Below are positions 48,560 through 62,649 of a stretch of 64,000 nucleotides of DNA, in pieces; within the stretch, counting starts at the first letter, position 1, and each line of letters begins with the position of its first letter. Origin of the DNA: Octopus sinensis. Taxonomy: Eukaryota. The stretch covers positions 86,614,001-86,678,000 of the forward strand of contig NC_042997.1 in the NCBI RefSeq assembly GCF_006345805.1, written 5' to 3'. The position numbers and the translations under genes were made by a program. The notes under the pieces are model-generated. The model did no database searches, was not told where the DNA came from, and worked only from the letters and a program-made list of their open reading frames with translations.

Positions 48560-49777
48560 AATCATTTTACTTCGGCATTTCATACTGGCATAAGTTGGAT
48601 CGGTAATCCTGGTTTAAGTCAATTCTTATTCAAATTTAGTGCTCTCTTGGACAGGTCAGCAGATGGTCGGATGTTAATCCTAACACCATCCATTTTACAG
48701 AGTGTATGGGTGCATTTTACCGTAACACTAGCACTAGAGAAAATTAGTGGAAGTAAACTTAGAGTTTACCTCCACTAATTCATGGTAAAATGAGTGTGAG
48801 AGAGAGGAGAATGTTGCTAGCTCTAGGTTAGTCTTGGATGAACAAGCCTATGATGAGAAGCATTCCAGTTGTTACACAGCTATCCTTTTTGAGGAGCAAT
48901 ATTTATCTAGGATTACACCTGACAGCCAATGTATCTTTTTTTTTTAAAGGTGCCAGTTGAGGGAGATTTGACAGCTATTTCTAACAGATCAAGCAAGTTT
49001 ATAAAAGCTCCTTCTTGTGATTCTATTATACAACAGGAAAGTCTTCACAAGCTATTTAATAATGCTGTGTTAAAAAAGATTACATGGAGGAAAACTGATA
49101 ATATTGTCTTGAGGAACAATCAAAACTATGAATGGCAGTAATGACAAGAAACCATTAAAAGCTATTTTTGAGAGCCATTATTTAAACAACTGCAGCATAC
49201 TGATTACAATTTGTCCATTTTTATAGGAACAAAAGGAAATTAAAAAAAAAATAAATAAAAAGAGAAATTCCCAATATAGCGTGATTTATGACCTAGTTGT
49301 TTGCCAGATGTTCTCCAATAATTTTTGTTCACTATGAAAAAGGATGCCAAACAATCCAGAAGCCACACAAACTGTTTTCACTATGATCTCTTTCTCTCTT
49401 CTCTTGTTCACTCTCTTCAGCTGTAGAAGCAGAGAAATATAATGCAATGAAAGGAAAACCGGTCTGGGTTTGCTCTTATAAACTTGGTAGTAGTGTTAAT
49501 CGGGTTAGCAGAAGTACAGTAATCAATACATTTTAAAAAATAAAATATAGTGGTTGATGACACATTGATAATTTGAAATGTACAGTGTACACTTTCTTTT
49601 TTAATAAACATCAATTTTAGCATTGCTATGGAAAGTATTGAGTGGTTACACCACAGGTTATTTTTTTTATATCTCTATATAGTGTAATCCCTTTGTTAAT
49701 TGTATCAGCAAGGTTAAATATTCTTTTGTTTCAGCTTTAAAGTTGCAGCCAAGCTGGGGGACCACTGTTGATAAAGC

Positions 49778-49849
49778 CTCCCTGACAGGGAATTGAACCC
49801 TGGTCTCCCGCATGACAGGTGGGGATACTTACCACTATATTACTGAGGA
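49778..49849 (-). pseudogene. tRNA-Asp(GTC) pseudogene
   Basis: TCCTCAGTAATATAGTGGTAAGTATCCCCACCTGTCATGCGGGAGACCAGGGTTCAATTCCCTGTCAGGGAG, 72 nt, anticodon GTC; mismatches in the acceptor and anticodon stems and G10A. Confidence 0.85.
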
Positions 49850-50200
49850 AGATGTCTGTTTAGCAAAAATATATTCCTTATATTTCAAATTATCACAAAA
49901 ACAAATAAATAAAAAAATAAAGTGGTATAGAAGCCATACCATAGATATTTCAGTAGCAAATGAGTTTGAGCACATACTGTCCACAGTGTCTCTATTTTCC
50001 TATGGTAATACAAATTCAAAAATTTTGGAGGAATTTTTTCAGCAAAAACAGAGACAGCCAACTCTGTTTCAAGTTTCAATTATGTGCCTGTTTTTAGTCT
50101 ACCAACATACAAAGAGCATTTCATCTAGTACAAACACATATATTTTTAGAGGAGCATAAACTTAACACTATTGAAAACTTCTGAGCAACCAGGCCTTTAA

Positions 50201-50816
50201 TCCTTTAGCATTCAGATTACTCTGTCAAATGTAATGCTCATTTATTTACATCGTTTTGAATTAATCATGCATTATCTCACAGCTTTAAGATTTTCACGTG
50301 ATTCTTTTCTTCCACTTGTTTCATTCAGTCATTTGACTGCAGCCATGCTGGAGCATTGTCTTTAAAGGGTTTTTCAGTTGAAGAAATTGACCACAGGACT
50401 TATTCTTTGTAAGCCTAGTACTTATTCTATTAGTCTCTTTTGCTGAACTGCTAAGTTACGGAGATGTAAACAGACCAACATCGGTTGTCAAGCAATGGTG
50501 GTTGGGATAAACACAGACACAAAGACACACACAAATATATACATCCATATACAATGGGCTTCTTTCAGTTTCCATCTTCTAGATCCACTCACAAAGCTTT
50601 GGTCAGCCTGAGGCTATAATAGAAGACACTTGCCCAAGGTACCAGGCAGTGAGACTGAACCTAGAACCATGTGGTTGGGAAGCAAGTTTGTTATCACACA
50701 GCCATGCCTGTGCCTGTTTATTTTTAGAATGATATTGTATGGTGGGTGTGATGTCAGATCTGGCTGGTTGGAACATAAAACAGGTAGAATATCTGGCTAG
50801 TTTAAATGCTAAAGGG
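50201..50816. mobile_element. piggyBac-type MITE (family G) interrupted by a minus-strand family A SINE (about 50310-50712)
   Basis: TTAA at 50197-50200 and 50817-50820; tcctttagcattcag / aatgctaaaggg ends. Confidence 0.75.
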
Positions 50817-51728
50817 TTAATACTTAAAATTCTTTCTCTCCCTCTACTTTTTTTTTAGAATTTTAAATTGCTGTTTTACTTTAATTGTTATGGGTTACTC
50901 ATAATGACTTTATATTCTAGCAAAAAAGTACAAGCAAAGTCCATGTTTTTTGCTCAACTAAACCTATAGTTAACAGCTGGAGAGTAAAGTAACATGCTCT
51001 TTCTTGTCCAAGAGGCAGTGCAAGCAAATCCAAAGACCCAGGAGTGGATAATGCAATATTTTTAATAGTAAATTTCCAAGTCAGCATAGATAGGATAATT
51101 TTCAATTTGAAGTACTTTTTTTTAATTAAAAAACTTCTTTTTTTTTTTTACAGTAAAATAACTTTCATATTAGTAACACGTCATCTATGAAATAGGAGTG
51201 AGTGGAGTTTGTCAGGTAGACACCTCATCTAATAGCAGAAACATGGTTGAAGTAGTAGCAGTGGTGGTGATGAGATTTAAAGTCATGATCATGTCAGTAA
51301 TAAGTAATGATACCAGTATGAGAATAGTATACTTCTTAAACCGTTTATAAAATATTGATAATTGTTTTAAAAGAACTATGGTCAAATCAATAAATATGTG
51401 TCTTTATAACTGTTTCCCCATGCTAACTTGAATAGGCATGTTCCTTGTAAATTTGGATATCTGTATATCATAGAAGCAGTTAATAGACACTTCTTCCTCA
51501 TAGCTCACCACTGAAGTAAGAGTGGAACCTCTAATCAACCACCATGTATATAAATTGAAGTATGATGAGAAATGTCTCATATAAGGGCTCAACATAGTGA
51601 AAGAAGTAGAAAGTATGAATGAGCAGCTATGTGGTCAGTAGTGTGACAGCTTACCTTAAAATCATATGGTCTCTTGTAGCATTAAAATCACGTTAAATAA
51701 CTACTTTAAATGTGTATGTGTGTGTGAG

Positions 51729-51787
<59 letters not shown>

Positions 51788-53405
51788 TAATTCGGAGTTT
51801 ATAAGAGATTCCAGATACTAAGCAACAAAAGTTGAATATAACTGTATAGCAATATGATACCTGTGAAAATGCTGCCAACTACCAAAATCCCAAGAATGAA
51901 TTATGAAAATACTATGCTGAATTCCTATGTTGGAATATGCTGATAGAAAATTCAGTAGGCAAAATCTACCGCTTGGTGCACAAGATATGTAAACAACATT
52001 CTTAGCACAGATTTTCTTTTTTGTTTTCATTGAATTTTATCTTGCAGATACAAAGAATCTATAACTTTCTGAATTTCTCAGTGTTTATTGACAAAATCAA
52101 ATGGTCTGATTGGGTTGCTGAGACACTATTTTTGGCTAAAACAAAGATTCTATTACAACCTATAAAACAAATGAGAAACAGCTGCCAACTATAAAAGAAA
52201 TTTTGTATTTATTTTTGGGCTTTCCATTATATTACACATGGCAGTGGAAACACACTACCTGAGTTTGAAGTTGTCAGACATATCAGATATTTATATGCTA
52301 GTTGGTGCAGAAGACAAAAAAACAAGAAAAACAATTTGTAAAAGTTCATTTGTTCTGGTGGGTAACTTGATCACTATTGAGACAAAGAGAATCAACAGTA
52401 GTAGTAAAAAGTGATTGGATGATTTTGTTTCTTTTTAAAACAACAGTTGTGTGTTACATTGATGGCTTGCATGCATACATGTTGGAAGTGCACTTGTAAC
52501 ATAGGATGGCAATGACTTGGACAATAAAAATAGAAAACTATCAAAATACCAGACAGATAAACTAATGTTAAAATAAATGTGATTTTAGCCAAGTTTAAGA
52601 AACAAAATTCAGATAGGTTCTTGTTTAAAATTGGGATAGCTAGTTTTAAATTTTGGCTATCAACAATGTTTATTTCTGTTATAAACTAGAATGATATAAG
52701 CATCAACTAATCAATCAATATTTTATCTTCTGTGAGTGTGATTCCTGTTAGTACTTGAAATGTTATATTGATTCTTGAATAACTGAATGGGAGTTGTGAC
52801 ATTCATTCTTTTACCAAGGGAATTAATAATTTAAACCAAGAGATCTTTGAACTGGAAATCAAAGTTAAGCCAGAAATTCAGCTCATAGATAACACTGTGT
52901 AACAAAATTTTAATTTTTTTGTCTTTGGTCAGTAAGTGTTATTTCCTATTTGCTTCTATCTAGAAATCAAAGGAAATGACTACTATTCCCTTCAAAATTT
53001 GTTTTTGTGACCTGGACATCAATATTTGGAAACTGACCTATTTTCCATTACATTTCAGACAAATTCAGTGCTGAGGTTGCTGAAGCAGAAATATCGTCAT
53101 AGCAAATATTCTGCTCAGTGCCACAGATTTGCTTGAAAGTTGATTGACCATAACCATCTAAGCAAGTTTCTTAGTGGCTGACAATATGTACATCTCTGAA
53201 TCATGAGCAGGAAACAATGGGGAACATCATAGCCATGTGTTGAGAGAGATTCTTTGGGGTTTGAATAAATGTAGCAAAAGTAAAGTTTAAATGAAATAGC
53301 TGCTTTTCACACTTTCTAAGAATAAGCAAACAGGAAATGACAGTTGCTATCCAAGGACAAAAATCATGTTACACAGTGTTATCTTTCACTTTATAATGCT
53401 TGCTA

Positions 53406-53443
<38 letters not shown>

Positions 53444-53619
53444 GCATGTGTGTGTATAGGTGAAGGTGTGGGTATACAGATATGACAGTCAGTTTGTTAC
53501 CATATTACTGATTTTAATCTCACTGCATGACACCTCGAGCAAGTGTCTGCTACTGTAGCCTTGGGTTGAATAATTACATGTGGGTAGGTAAAAACTATGA
53601 ATGCACATTGTGTACATAC

Positions 53620-53662
53620 AAGCACACCCATAAACACATATATGTTTATGTGTATATATATA

Positions 53663-53718
<56 letters not shown>

Positions 53719-53815
53719 ATACACATATATATATATGTGTATATATATATATATTATATATATATATATACACATATATATATATGTGTATATATATATA
53801 TATATATAATATATA

Positions 53816-53846
<31 letters not shown>

Positions 53847-53855
53847 TATATATTG
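53620..53855. repeat. (TA)n compound microsatellite
   Basis: Directly visible. Confidence 0.95.
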
Positions 53856-53856
53856 T

Positions 53857-54148
53857 GAAGGCGCATGGCTCAGTGGTTAGAGCGTTGAGCTTACGATCGT
53901 GAGGTTGTGAGCTCGAATCCCGGACTGGGCTGCATGTTGTGTTCTTGAGCAAGGCACTTTATTTCATGTTGCTCCAGTTCACTCAGCTGTAGAAATGAGT
54001 TGCGACGTCTCTGGTGCCATGGAGAGGGGAGGCTGGTATGCATGGGCGACTGCTGGTCTTCCATAAACAACCTCACCCGGACTTGTGTCTAGGAGGGTAA
54101 CTTTCTAGGTGCAATCCCATGGTCTGTGTCGTGACTGAAGGGGGTCTC
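53857..54148 (+). mobile_element. Family E tRNA-derived SINE
   Basis: gaaggcgcatggctcagtggttagagcg..gctcgaatcccgg head with A and B boxes; cttgagcaaggcactt core. Confidence 0.8.
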
Positions 54149-54151
54149 CGA

Positions 54152-54206
<55 letters not shown>

Positions 54207-54459
54207 ATCAACTATATACGTGGAAATCTGTGGGTGTGTTTGTTTGTGGTGTTGTTATCTAACTTCTACATTGTTTTATTGATTTTGATGAAACTTGAAA
54301 CGTGAATAGAACTCATATCTGGAAAACTAGCTATAATAGGACCCCTGGAAGAGATTCTTATATCTACTACATATAACTAATATTATTTTTAAACATCCAA
54401 GGGAAATAACCAAATTCGCTCCTGAAAGGGATGCTTATATCCAGCCAAGGGAAATAACT

Positions 54460-54670
54460 GGCCTAGTGGTTAGGGCAGCGGACTCGCGGTCGCAGGATCG
54501 AGGTTTCGATTCTCAGACTGGGCGTTGTGTGTGTTTATTGAGCGAAAACACCTAAAAGCTCTACGAGGCTCTGGCAGGGGGTGGTGATCCCTGCTGTACT
54601 CTTTCACCACAATGGCGGTGCCCCAGCATGGCCACAGCTCAAGAGCTGAAACTGGAAAAACAAAAAAACA
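54460..54670 (+). mobile_element. Chimeric SINE: family F head fused to an A-type 3' tail
   Basis: Follows the 57320 element to ctctttcaccacaa, then switches to ggcggtgccccagcatggccacag. Confidence 0.7.
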
Positions 54671-54986
54671 AACAAAACTCATTCATGTTTGTAAATTATT
54701 TCATATAAATCAAAGTAAGTATGCTTATTTCTTAGTATTTGAAGTACTTGAGTTATTTTCACAATTTATCCTGTACAACACTTCAATAAGTAAAAAGTAT
54801 TTTCCTAAACAAATAGATCCACTTATTTCTATTAGTGAATATACCAACACTAGCGCCAATGAGGGTAATATTCTCTGCGAACGCACAAAGGCATTTTCCA
54901 GAGTTATTTACTTTGAATTATTATTATCTCATAACATGCTTCACGATTTCAGCATACATACCTTATTAGTATTTCCTATGTAAATA

Positions 54987-55039
<53 letters not shown>

Positions 55040-55134
55040 ATATAAATATGTGTATGTGTGTATGTATATATATATATATATATATATTCACACACACACA
55101 CACACACACACATATGTATGTATATATAGATACT

Positions 55135-55454
55135 ACAGCCTCAGGCCGAGCAAAGCCTTATGAATGGATTTAGTAGACGGAATTGAAAGAAAGCTGTTGT
55201 ATATATGTGTATGCTTGTGTTTGTACCCCCACCATTGCTTGACAACCGATGTTGGTGTGTTTATGTCCCCGTAACTTAGCAGTTTGGCAAAATACATGGA
55301 TAGAATAAGTACTAGGCTTACAAAGAATAAATCTTGGGATCAATTTGTGCAACTAAAGGTAGTGCTCCAGCAAGGCTACCACATGACTGAAACAAGTAAA
55401 AGAATAAAAAATTATGCCATTTTAATCCCAAGCAACGCCAGGTATCTCTACTAA
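55135..55454 (+). mobile_element. 5'-truncated family A SINE joined to a Helitron-type 3' end
   Basis: A tail, then ttatgccattttaatcccaagcaacgccaggtatctctaCTAA|T. Confidence 0.65.
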
Positions 55455-57319
55455 TGTACAATTAAATAAATCTTAGGATTACATTAAGCTGAGAGCTGTG
55501 AATAACAGACTTATTCTGAACAATATTATATTATGATATATTTCACTACCAACAGAACAACACTGTAAATACTGTGCTACATTTCACTGCACAGGTGATA
55601 GTTAAAATGAGTAATAAAAATCCACTGGAGGAAAGTAGACACCATACATACATAATTTCTATACTCAAATATTCAGACATTAAAAATCACTTTATTCTCA
55701 TTGACCACTTGATACTGCACTATTCATAGGCAGAGAGTATTTTCTTTACATAAGTACCTGAGTGTTATTTATCCTGTAAACAATTCTATTTCTTATCAAC
55801 TAGTATATAATCTTAGACATTTACTTAGTGATTTTCTCATCTCTGCTCTGACACTTATGGTGAAGGATATGTTTTTCGAGTATGATCATAAGACCAATAC
55901 ATGTCCAGAGTTGTCCTTTGTGCTTATTCAAATAATTTAAACAAAATTAATGACTGACTAACATTGCTCTTTTTTCTTCACTGCATTTCTATTTCCAGTT
56001 AACTTTTCAATGCTCCATAAATATCTATCTAATTATAATATGCAAGTAGTAGTGAAAACTATTTCTATGTAGCCAAAACACAGCAACTTCCTGTTCAATC
56101 TAAAATGTATAGTAACATTTTTAACAATTGTAATCTAAATATTTTTTCATAAGACACAAGTAAACTACATGGTAAGAAGTTTGCTTTCCAACCACATGGC
56201 TCCAGGTTCAGTCCTACTGTGTAACATCTCAGGTAAATGTCTTCTGTTATAATCCCAAGCCAACCAAAGCCTTGTAAATAGGTTTGGTAGACAGACGCTG
56301 AAAGAAGCTCATCACTTGCACCTGTGTGTTTGCTAATGTCTTTGTGATAATCATCGAGATTTGCTGTCATATATAAGAAGTGTCCTTTGTTCTGATCATG
56401 GGGAAACAAGGAAGATTGGTGACAGGAACGCCTGCAGAAAATTCACCTCAACAAATTCTGCCTGACCTAAGTGAGCATGGAAAATAGGATGTTAAAACAA
56501 TGATGATAATAAAAATGTTATTTTCATGGCCTATTTGGAAGGTTTCAGTGTGACTTTCATTTGCCACTTCTGTGTTTAAAGACCACATACATGATTTTTT
56601 GTTGAAGCTGTTGAATTATTTTTCTATTGTAGCTGATTCTTTTGCATTATTGTTATTTATGTTTGTGTTGTGATTAGATTAGTTATATAGATATTATTTA
56701 TAAATAGGTCATGATTATAGGGAGAATTGGATGTGGTTTCTAGTACATTGAGCAACTACACTGAGGCTTTATTGAATGAATGAATGACACTAATAATAAT
56801 GATTTCAAATTCTGGCACAAAGCCAACAGTTTGTGGGTAAGGGTTAAGTTGATTACATCGACCCCAGTCTTCAACAGTATTTATTTTATTGATCCCACAA
56901 GGATGAAAGGCAACGTTGATCCTGGCAGAATTTGAACTTAAAACATGAAGATGGATGAAATGCCACTAAGCATTTTGCCTGGCCTGCTTATGATTCTGAC
57001 ACCTTGCCACCTTACTACTACTGCTGCTACCACTAATAATTTCTTTTATCAACCACAGGGGTATAGCTGAGAGGAACATTACAAGGACAGAACAAATTGT
57101 TTGGGGATTTATATAAAGGATGGGGTAAAAGAAATGGAAAGGACAGTGAAATTTGATAAAAGTATATATAGTATACAAAATACATAACATGAACAACACA
57201 GATCTCTTGATACAGAAATTCCAGCTAGGGCCAATTCACAGATCCAAGATTACCCAAACCACTAATGGTATGAGCTCTCCCTCTCATGCTCGCCAATCAA
57301 TAAGCACATACTCTGATTA

Positions 57320-57681
57320 GGCGCAATGGCCCAGTGGTTAGGGCAGCGGACTCGCGGTCATAGGATCGTGGTTTCGATTCCCAGACCAGGCGTTGTGAGT
57401 GTTTATTGAGCGAAAACACCTAAAGCTCCACGAGGCTCCGGCAGGGGATGGTGGTGATCCCTGCTGTACTCTTTCACCACAACTTTCTCTTACTTCCTGT
57501 TTCTGTTGTACCTGTATTTCAAAGGGCCGGCCTTGTCACTCTGAATATCCCCGAGAACTACGTTAAGGGTACACGTGTCTGTGGAGTGCTCAGCCACTTA
57601 CATGTTAATTTCACGAGCAGGCTGTTCCGTTGATTCGGATCAACCGGAACCCTCGTCGTTGTAACCGACGGAGTGCTTCCA
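57320..57681 (+). mobile_element. Family F tRNA-derived SINE, young, with a 12-bp TSD
   Basis: TSD actctgattagg at 57310-57321 and 57682-57693; A box tggcccagtgg, B box gtttcgattcc; CpG-rich. Confidence 0.88.
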
Positions 57682-58283
57682 ACTCTGATTAGGGCCATTC
57701 ACTCTAACCAATTTTAGAGGATGGGATATGTTGATTATATTAATTCTAGTATTTGACTGGTACTTTATTTTATCAATTCTGAAAGGATGAATGGTAAAAT
57801 TAATCTTGGCAGGATTTAGACTCAGAATATAAAGAAATGGAAGAAATGCTGCCATGCATTTTGTTCTGATACACTAATGATTCCGCAAGTATGCTGCCCT
57901 AATAGTAAAAATAAACCTAATTTTGATACAAGGTTAGTCATTTTGAGTTGGGGGTGAAGTTGATAACACACCCCAGTGCTAAACTGGTACTTATTGACCC
58001 TGAAAGGATGAAAAGTAAAGTTAACATTTGCAGCATTTCAACTCAGATGGTGAGGTTGGAAGCATACTAATAATTCACCTGCTTGCCGCCTTAATAATGA
58101 TAAGTAAAGAAAAGGGCTATGCATTTTATGCCCATGCTTCACCACTGTCATTTACAGCAAATCAAATTAATTTTATACCAGAAAGTACAAATTCATATGT
58201 ATAAAATAAAAACAACAATACAATGTTTTGAAATAAGACCCCATCTTTTTCCTCAGCAAAATCTCTTGAGATTTCTACTTTAA

Positions 58284-58459
58284 CCCTTGAGCATTTAAAC
58301 TAACCATATCCAGCCTCTGGTAGCTACTCTACAATATCATTCCCAAAATAAACAATCACATCATCAAAATCTCAAAGTTACAGGATAATGCAAGATTAAT
58401 TCAAAACAATTTGAGTAAATAAGTATTACATTTGACAGAATAGTCTGAATGCTAAAGAG
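58284..58459. mobile_element. piggyBac-type MITE (family G, opposite orientation)
   Basis: TTAA|CCCTTGAGCATT ... AATGCTAAAGAG|TTAA. Confidence 0.7.
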
Positions 58460-58914
58460 TTAAACACCTAAGATTGAGAGTTCCAAAACTTGTGGTCTAA
58501 AACAAAAATTTTTTTAGAACAAATAGCAGATGGCCCACTTCATTTTGCAGTAATATCCAATAAAATTTAGTACAGTTTATGATTATATTACTGGTGAAGA
58601 ACTCAATTGAGGGTTTGAGCTTGAGCACAAAATAATTTAACAAGTGTTTTCAACACAAAACAGATTCCTGAAATTAGTACACTCTACGAGATACACATAC
58701 AAACATGCACAGACATGGCTATGTGGATAAAAAGCTTGCTTCCTAACTGCGTTCTTTTAGGTTCAGTCCTACTATGTCGAACTTTGGGCAAGTGCCTTCT
58801 ACTGTAGTTCTGGTCCAACCAAAGCCCTATGGAGGGGATTTGGTAAACAGAAACTGAAAGAAGCCCGTCATATATATATATATGTGTGTGTGTGTATGTG
58901 CGTGTGACTGTGTG

Positions 58915-59175
58915 AAGGCATGTGGCTTAGTGGTTAAGGTATTTGGCTCATGGTCATGAGTTCAATTCTTGGCGTTGCGTTGTGTCCTTGAGCAAGACTT
59001 TATTTAATGCTGCTCCAGACAACTCAGCTGGCAAAAATGTGTAGTGCCTGTATTTCAAAGGGCCAGCCAAGTCACACTCTGTGTCATGCTGACTCTCCCT
59101 GTGAACTACATTCAGGGTACACGTGTCTGTGGAGTACTCGGCCATTTACATGTTAATTTCATGAGCAGGCTGTTT
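58915..59175 (+). mobile_element. SINE with an E-like head/core and a family F tail
   Basis: tgtccttgagcaagac..cagctggcaaaaatg core, then cctgtatttcaaagggcc..gtacacgtgtctgtggagt tail. Confidence 0.68.
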
Positions 59176-61145
59176 CATTACTAGTTAAATGTATATGTAT
59201 GAGTGTGTGCGCACATGCCTGTGTATGCATATCCTTGTCCTGTTATCACATGATTGTTGCAAATGAGCATCACAGTTATAGAAGTGATGTTTATTTTCAG
59301 TTTTCTAAGGAAAAACATGTCTGGCCATGGCAAATGTTTGGAAATAAGTGAAGGCTGATGACAGGAAGGGCATCCAGTCATAGAAAATCTGCCCACCAAA
59401 TTCCATCTGATCCATGCTAGCATGAAAAAGTGAACATTAGATGATGATGATGATATAAATATACACACACCAAAAAATTATAGGGCCATATTTATTAAAG
59501 ACAACAAACAAAATCAGAGTGTGAATACAGAGAAACCATCCTAAGCAGGGAAGCTGTAGAGGGAGGATAGTGAAAGAAAGGGGCAGTGGGTAAGTACAAT
59601 GAGAGTGAGAAAAAAGAAAAGGTTGGAGGGCATCTTAGAAGTGTAAGAGCAGAGAGTTATATAAAGACAAGAATAGGTATGTATTGAAATTAAAATATTG
59701 TTAGTCTTTCCACCCACCATCTGTCACACCCTTCTTTTTTTGAACTGATGCCTGCTCTTACACAAAGCACTATGAATAGAATTGTTATAAATAAAATCCG
59801 AATTTCCCATGCAAATTACAGGCAAGCATTACATTAGGAAAGAATACACTGAACAGTATATGTATATGAAAAGATGTGATAATAGACATTACACAAAGTA
59901 GCAGAAAATCATTTGGTGGGCAGTGTTTCTTCTGATCTTTTTTCTTATTTCTGTGGCCATGCTGGGGCACTACTTTGAAGAACGTTAGCTGAACAAATTG
60001 ACCACAGTACTTGCTATAGAAGACGATACTTGCCCAAGGTGCCATGCGATGGGACTGAATCCAGAACCATGTGATTAGGAAGCAAACTTCTTACTACACA
60101 GCTAATATTAACTTTTTCTCATTAGAAGTAAATGGTTACAAAAAAGAAGAAAAAAAAAAGAGGAAAGATCACACTTAACTAGAAGTTAACATTGGATAAT
60201 TTAACTATACATTTTATCCTGTTAATCACCTGCTGCTGCTACTTTCATATGATCACAAGCTTTTTCCAGAAGCTCAGTCAATTGATCATGTAAATCTTAC
60301 CATCCCAGAAAAAAATCTATTATAGATACTCTATTATAAGGGAATAGGGTTAGAGTCAAGAAGCAGAATAAGGTATAACTGCGGATCTTGAATTACAATG
60401 ACTTTTTTTTTTGTGTTATTTGTTATTGTAGGCAGAGCATTGATTTGAGTTTCCAGATTATATCCAAAAGTTAATGTCTAGTTCCTACAAAATGTTCCAC
60501 ACCACCACAACATCTACAGATTGTGCTTTAGTATGAGATAGTGTCATGTTTCTAGTTCTGTTAAACTAAGTAAATCATTTCTTGTAATGGCATAAAGCCT
60601 CAAATTTGAAGCGTGAAAAACAAAGCTAACTTCAACAGAATTTGAACGTAAAGGATTTTAACCAAATGACACAAATTATTTAATCCGTATTTTACTGTTT
60701 CTGCTACTCAAACACTAAAACATATCACCATTGATTTTGTGTCTTATTTTACTTAAGTTTTTTTATGAGTTAGAGAAGAAGATGGAACAGTGCCCTTGGT
60801 ATTTGAAGGCTCTGCTGTACAGGGGATACTGAGGTGGCCTGAATATTTGTGGGTCAATGTCTGCAGGGAAAAAGAAAGCAGAGATGGAAGTAGTGCTTAG
60901 CATAAATGATTGCAACAGAATAGACTCTGCTAAGAGCACCCTGGTGGAGTATCAGGCCTTCTACTGAAAAAGATAAGTAAAAATTTAAAAGTAGGTGACC
61001 ATAATATACAAAAGGAACCTTGCTCTATATATATGATATCCAACAAATTATAGTATTCATAATATTGTACATTACATAACTGGGGTCAGAGAGGATGTAA
61101 AAAGACCAAGAGACCCTAGTCTTTGTACAAATGGCTAAAAGTCCA

Positions 61146-61199
<54 letters not shown>

Positions 61200-61678
61200 C
61201 TCTATTCTTTATGAGTCTCACTTTTGTATTGTCTCTTCTATAAAAACCCATCTCAATTCAGTTGTAACTGATTCTTCTGTTACTCCTCCCTTCTTTAGTC
61301 CCCACCACCTCCTGCTACTATTACTATGGATGTGGTCCACTAATAACGCCATTTTGTCTATCTTGTGTCTGCCATTTGCAATCACACCCCCAAATTAGTG
61401 GAGTCATCTCTCCAATACACACATTTGATGATACCATCAATGTTCTGTCACTCTCTCTGTTCAGTCTTCATTCATACATTAGCACTGCACATCTATCATA
61501 CACATTATCAATATCCTACCAACTACATCATACTTTAGTCTTTTACTTTCTCCACCATCCACTTTCACATCACGAAATAATTATTTCCAGGTATGTTCTG
61601 AATGTTAAAAGGTGATATAAGAAAACGAAAAGAACAAAACATCCATAATTGATCACTCATCTCTTAAATACTTTAAGT

Positions 61679-61726
<48 letters not shown>

Positions 61727-62649
61727 AAGAGAGAGAGAAAACAGTATAAAAAAATAATAAAATCTGCTAAAGTTCTGTCTGTTGATTTTTGGGTGTATAT
61801 TAAATTTTATTTAACACTATTTTTTCACTTCATTTTTCTTTCTTTCGTTTTGGTTGCCTGTTTTACTGTATATCTATTATCCAATCAATATCTACGCTTG
61901 CTTTTTATTCTGAAACTGGATTACCTAATAGTATTAAAATGTTGTTTCATATTATGTAAAGAGTACAACATAGTGTGGTTGTGTCATCAAGTGTAGAAAT
62001 GGTTTTTAAAAAAAAAAAAACACTATTAGAAAAGCTTATTTCATTGATGATAATGTTTCCAAATGAGTGAGTGTACCCTCTCACTTTTCTTCATCAGAGT
62101 AAACATATTACTTCTTCTATTTCGATGTGTTCATAAAACCTTTAGTTTACCTTCCAACAAGCATAGCAATTTGCACCCATTGCACAGTTATACTAGCAAC
62201 CTTAACCCAATGCATGACACTTGCAATCTACTCATTGCAAACTTTCAGCAGCTATATTAATTTTTGCAAGTACACACACACACACACACATTACCAGCAT
62301 CATGGCAAAGATGTAAAATGATATATGTATTTATATATCTGTGTATGTGTGTTAACAAAACGAACTGTTAAAGATTGGTTGTTGAAATGAGAAGAATCTG
62401 GGAAGGTTAGTTATTTTTTAAGGCAGGTAGTTAATTTAATGCTATGTAGGTACCAGGTTGCTAACGCCATGTTTACCTGTGTGATTCAACAGATGCAAGT
62501 TGCTAATGTGTAGCAACAGGTATCATATAAAGAATACTGGGTAGAAGTAGGGGCTGTTGGTGGTGTTTTATGTGTGTGGAGGGGGATACTATACTTGTTG
62601 ACTGTTAAGCTAAGATTTTTATGAAAATATATGTATATGTGAAAGTGTA

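Noticed and set aside
49778-49849. Functional tRNA-Asp gene
   Set aside because: Two adjacent acceptor-stem mismatches, an anticodon-stem mismatch, G10A, and no clear oligo-T terminator.
51818-52030. Short ORF as a candidate CHMP4 exon 1 or nested gene
   Set aside because: No resemblance to the Snf7 N-terminus and no convincing splice signals.
53857-53930. tRNA gene calls on SINE heads (also 18961, 57320, about 14050-14110)
   Set aside because: tRNA-like A/B boxes run directly into repeat cores; acceptor stems are incomplete and copies are dispersed, so these are SINE heads.
61200-61600. Possible second CR1-like LINE remnant (HTFDDT resembling the RT FADD motif)
   Set aside because: Motif similarity is too weak and fragmentary to call without a profile search.
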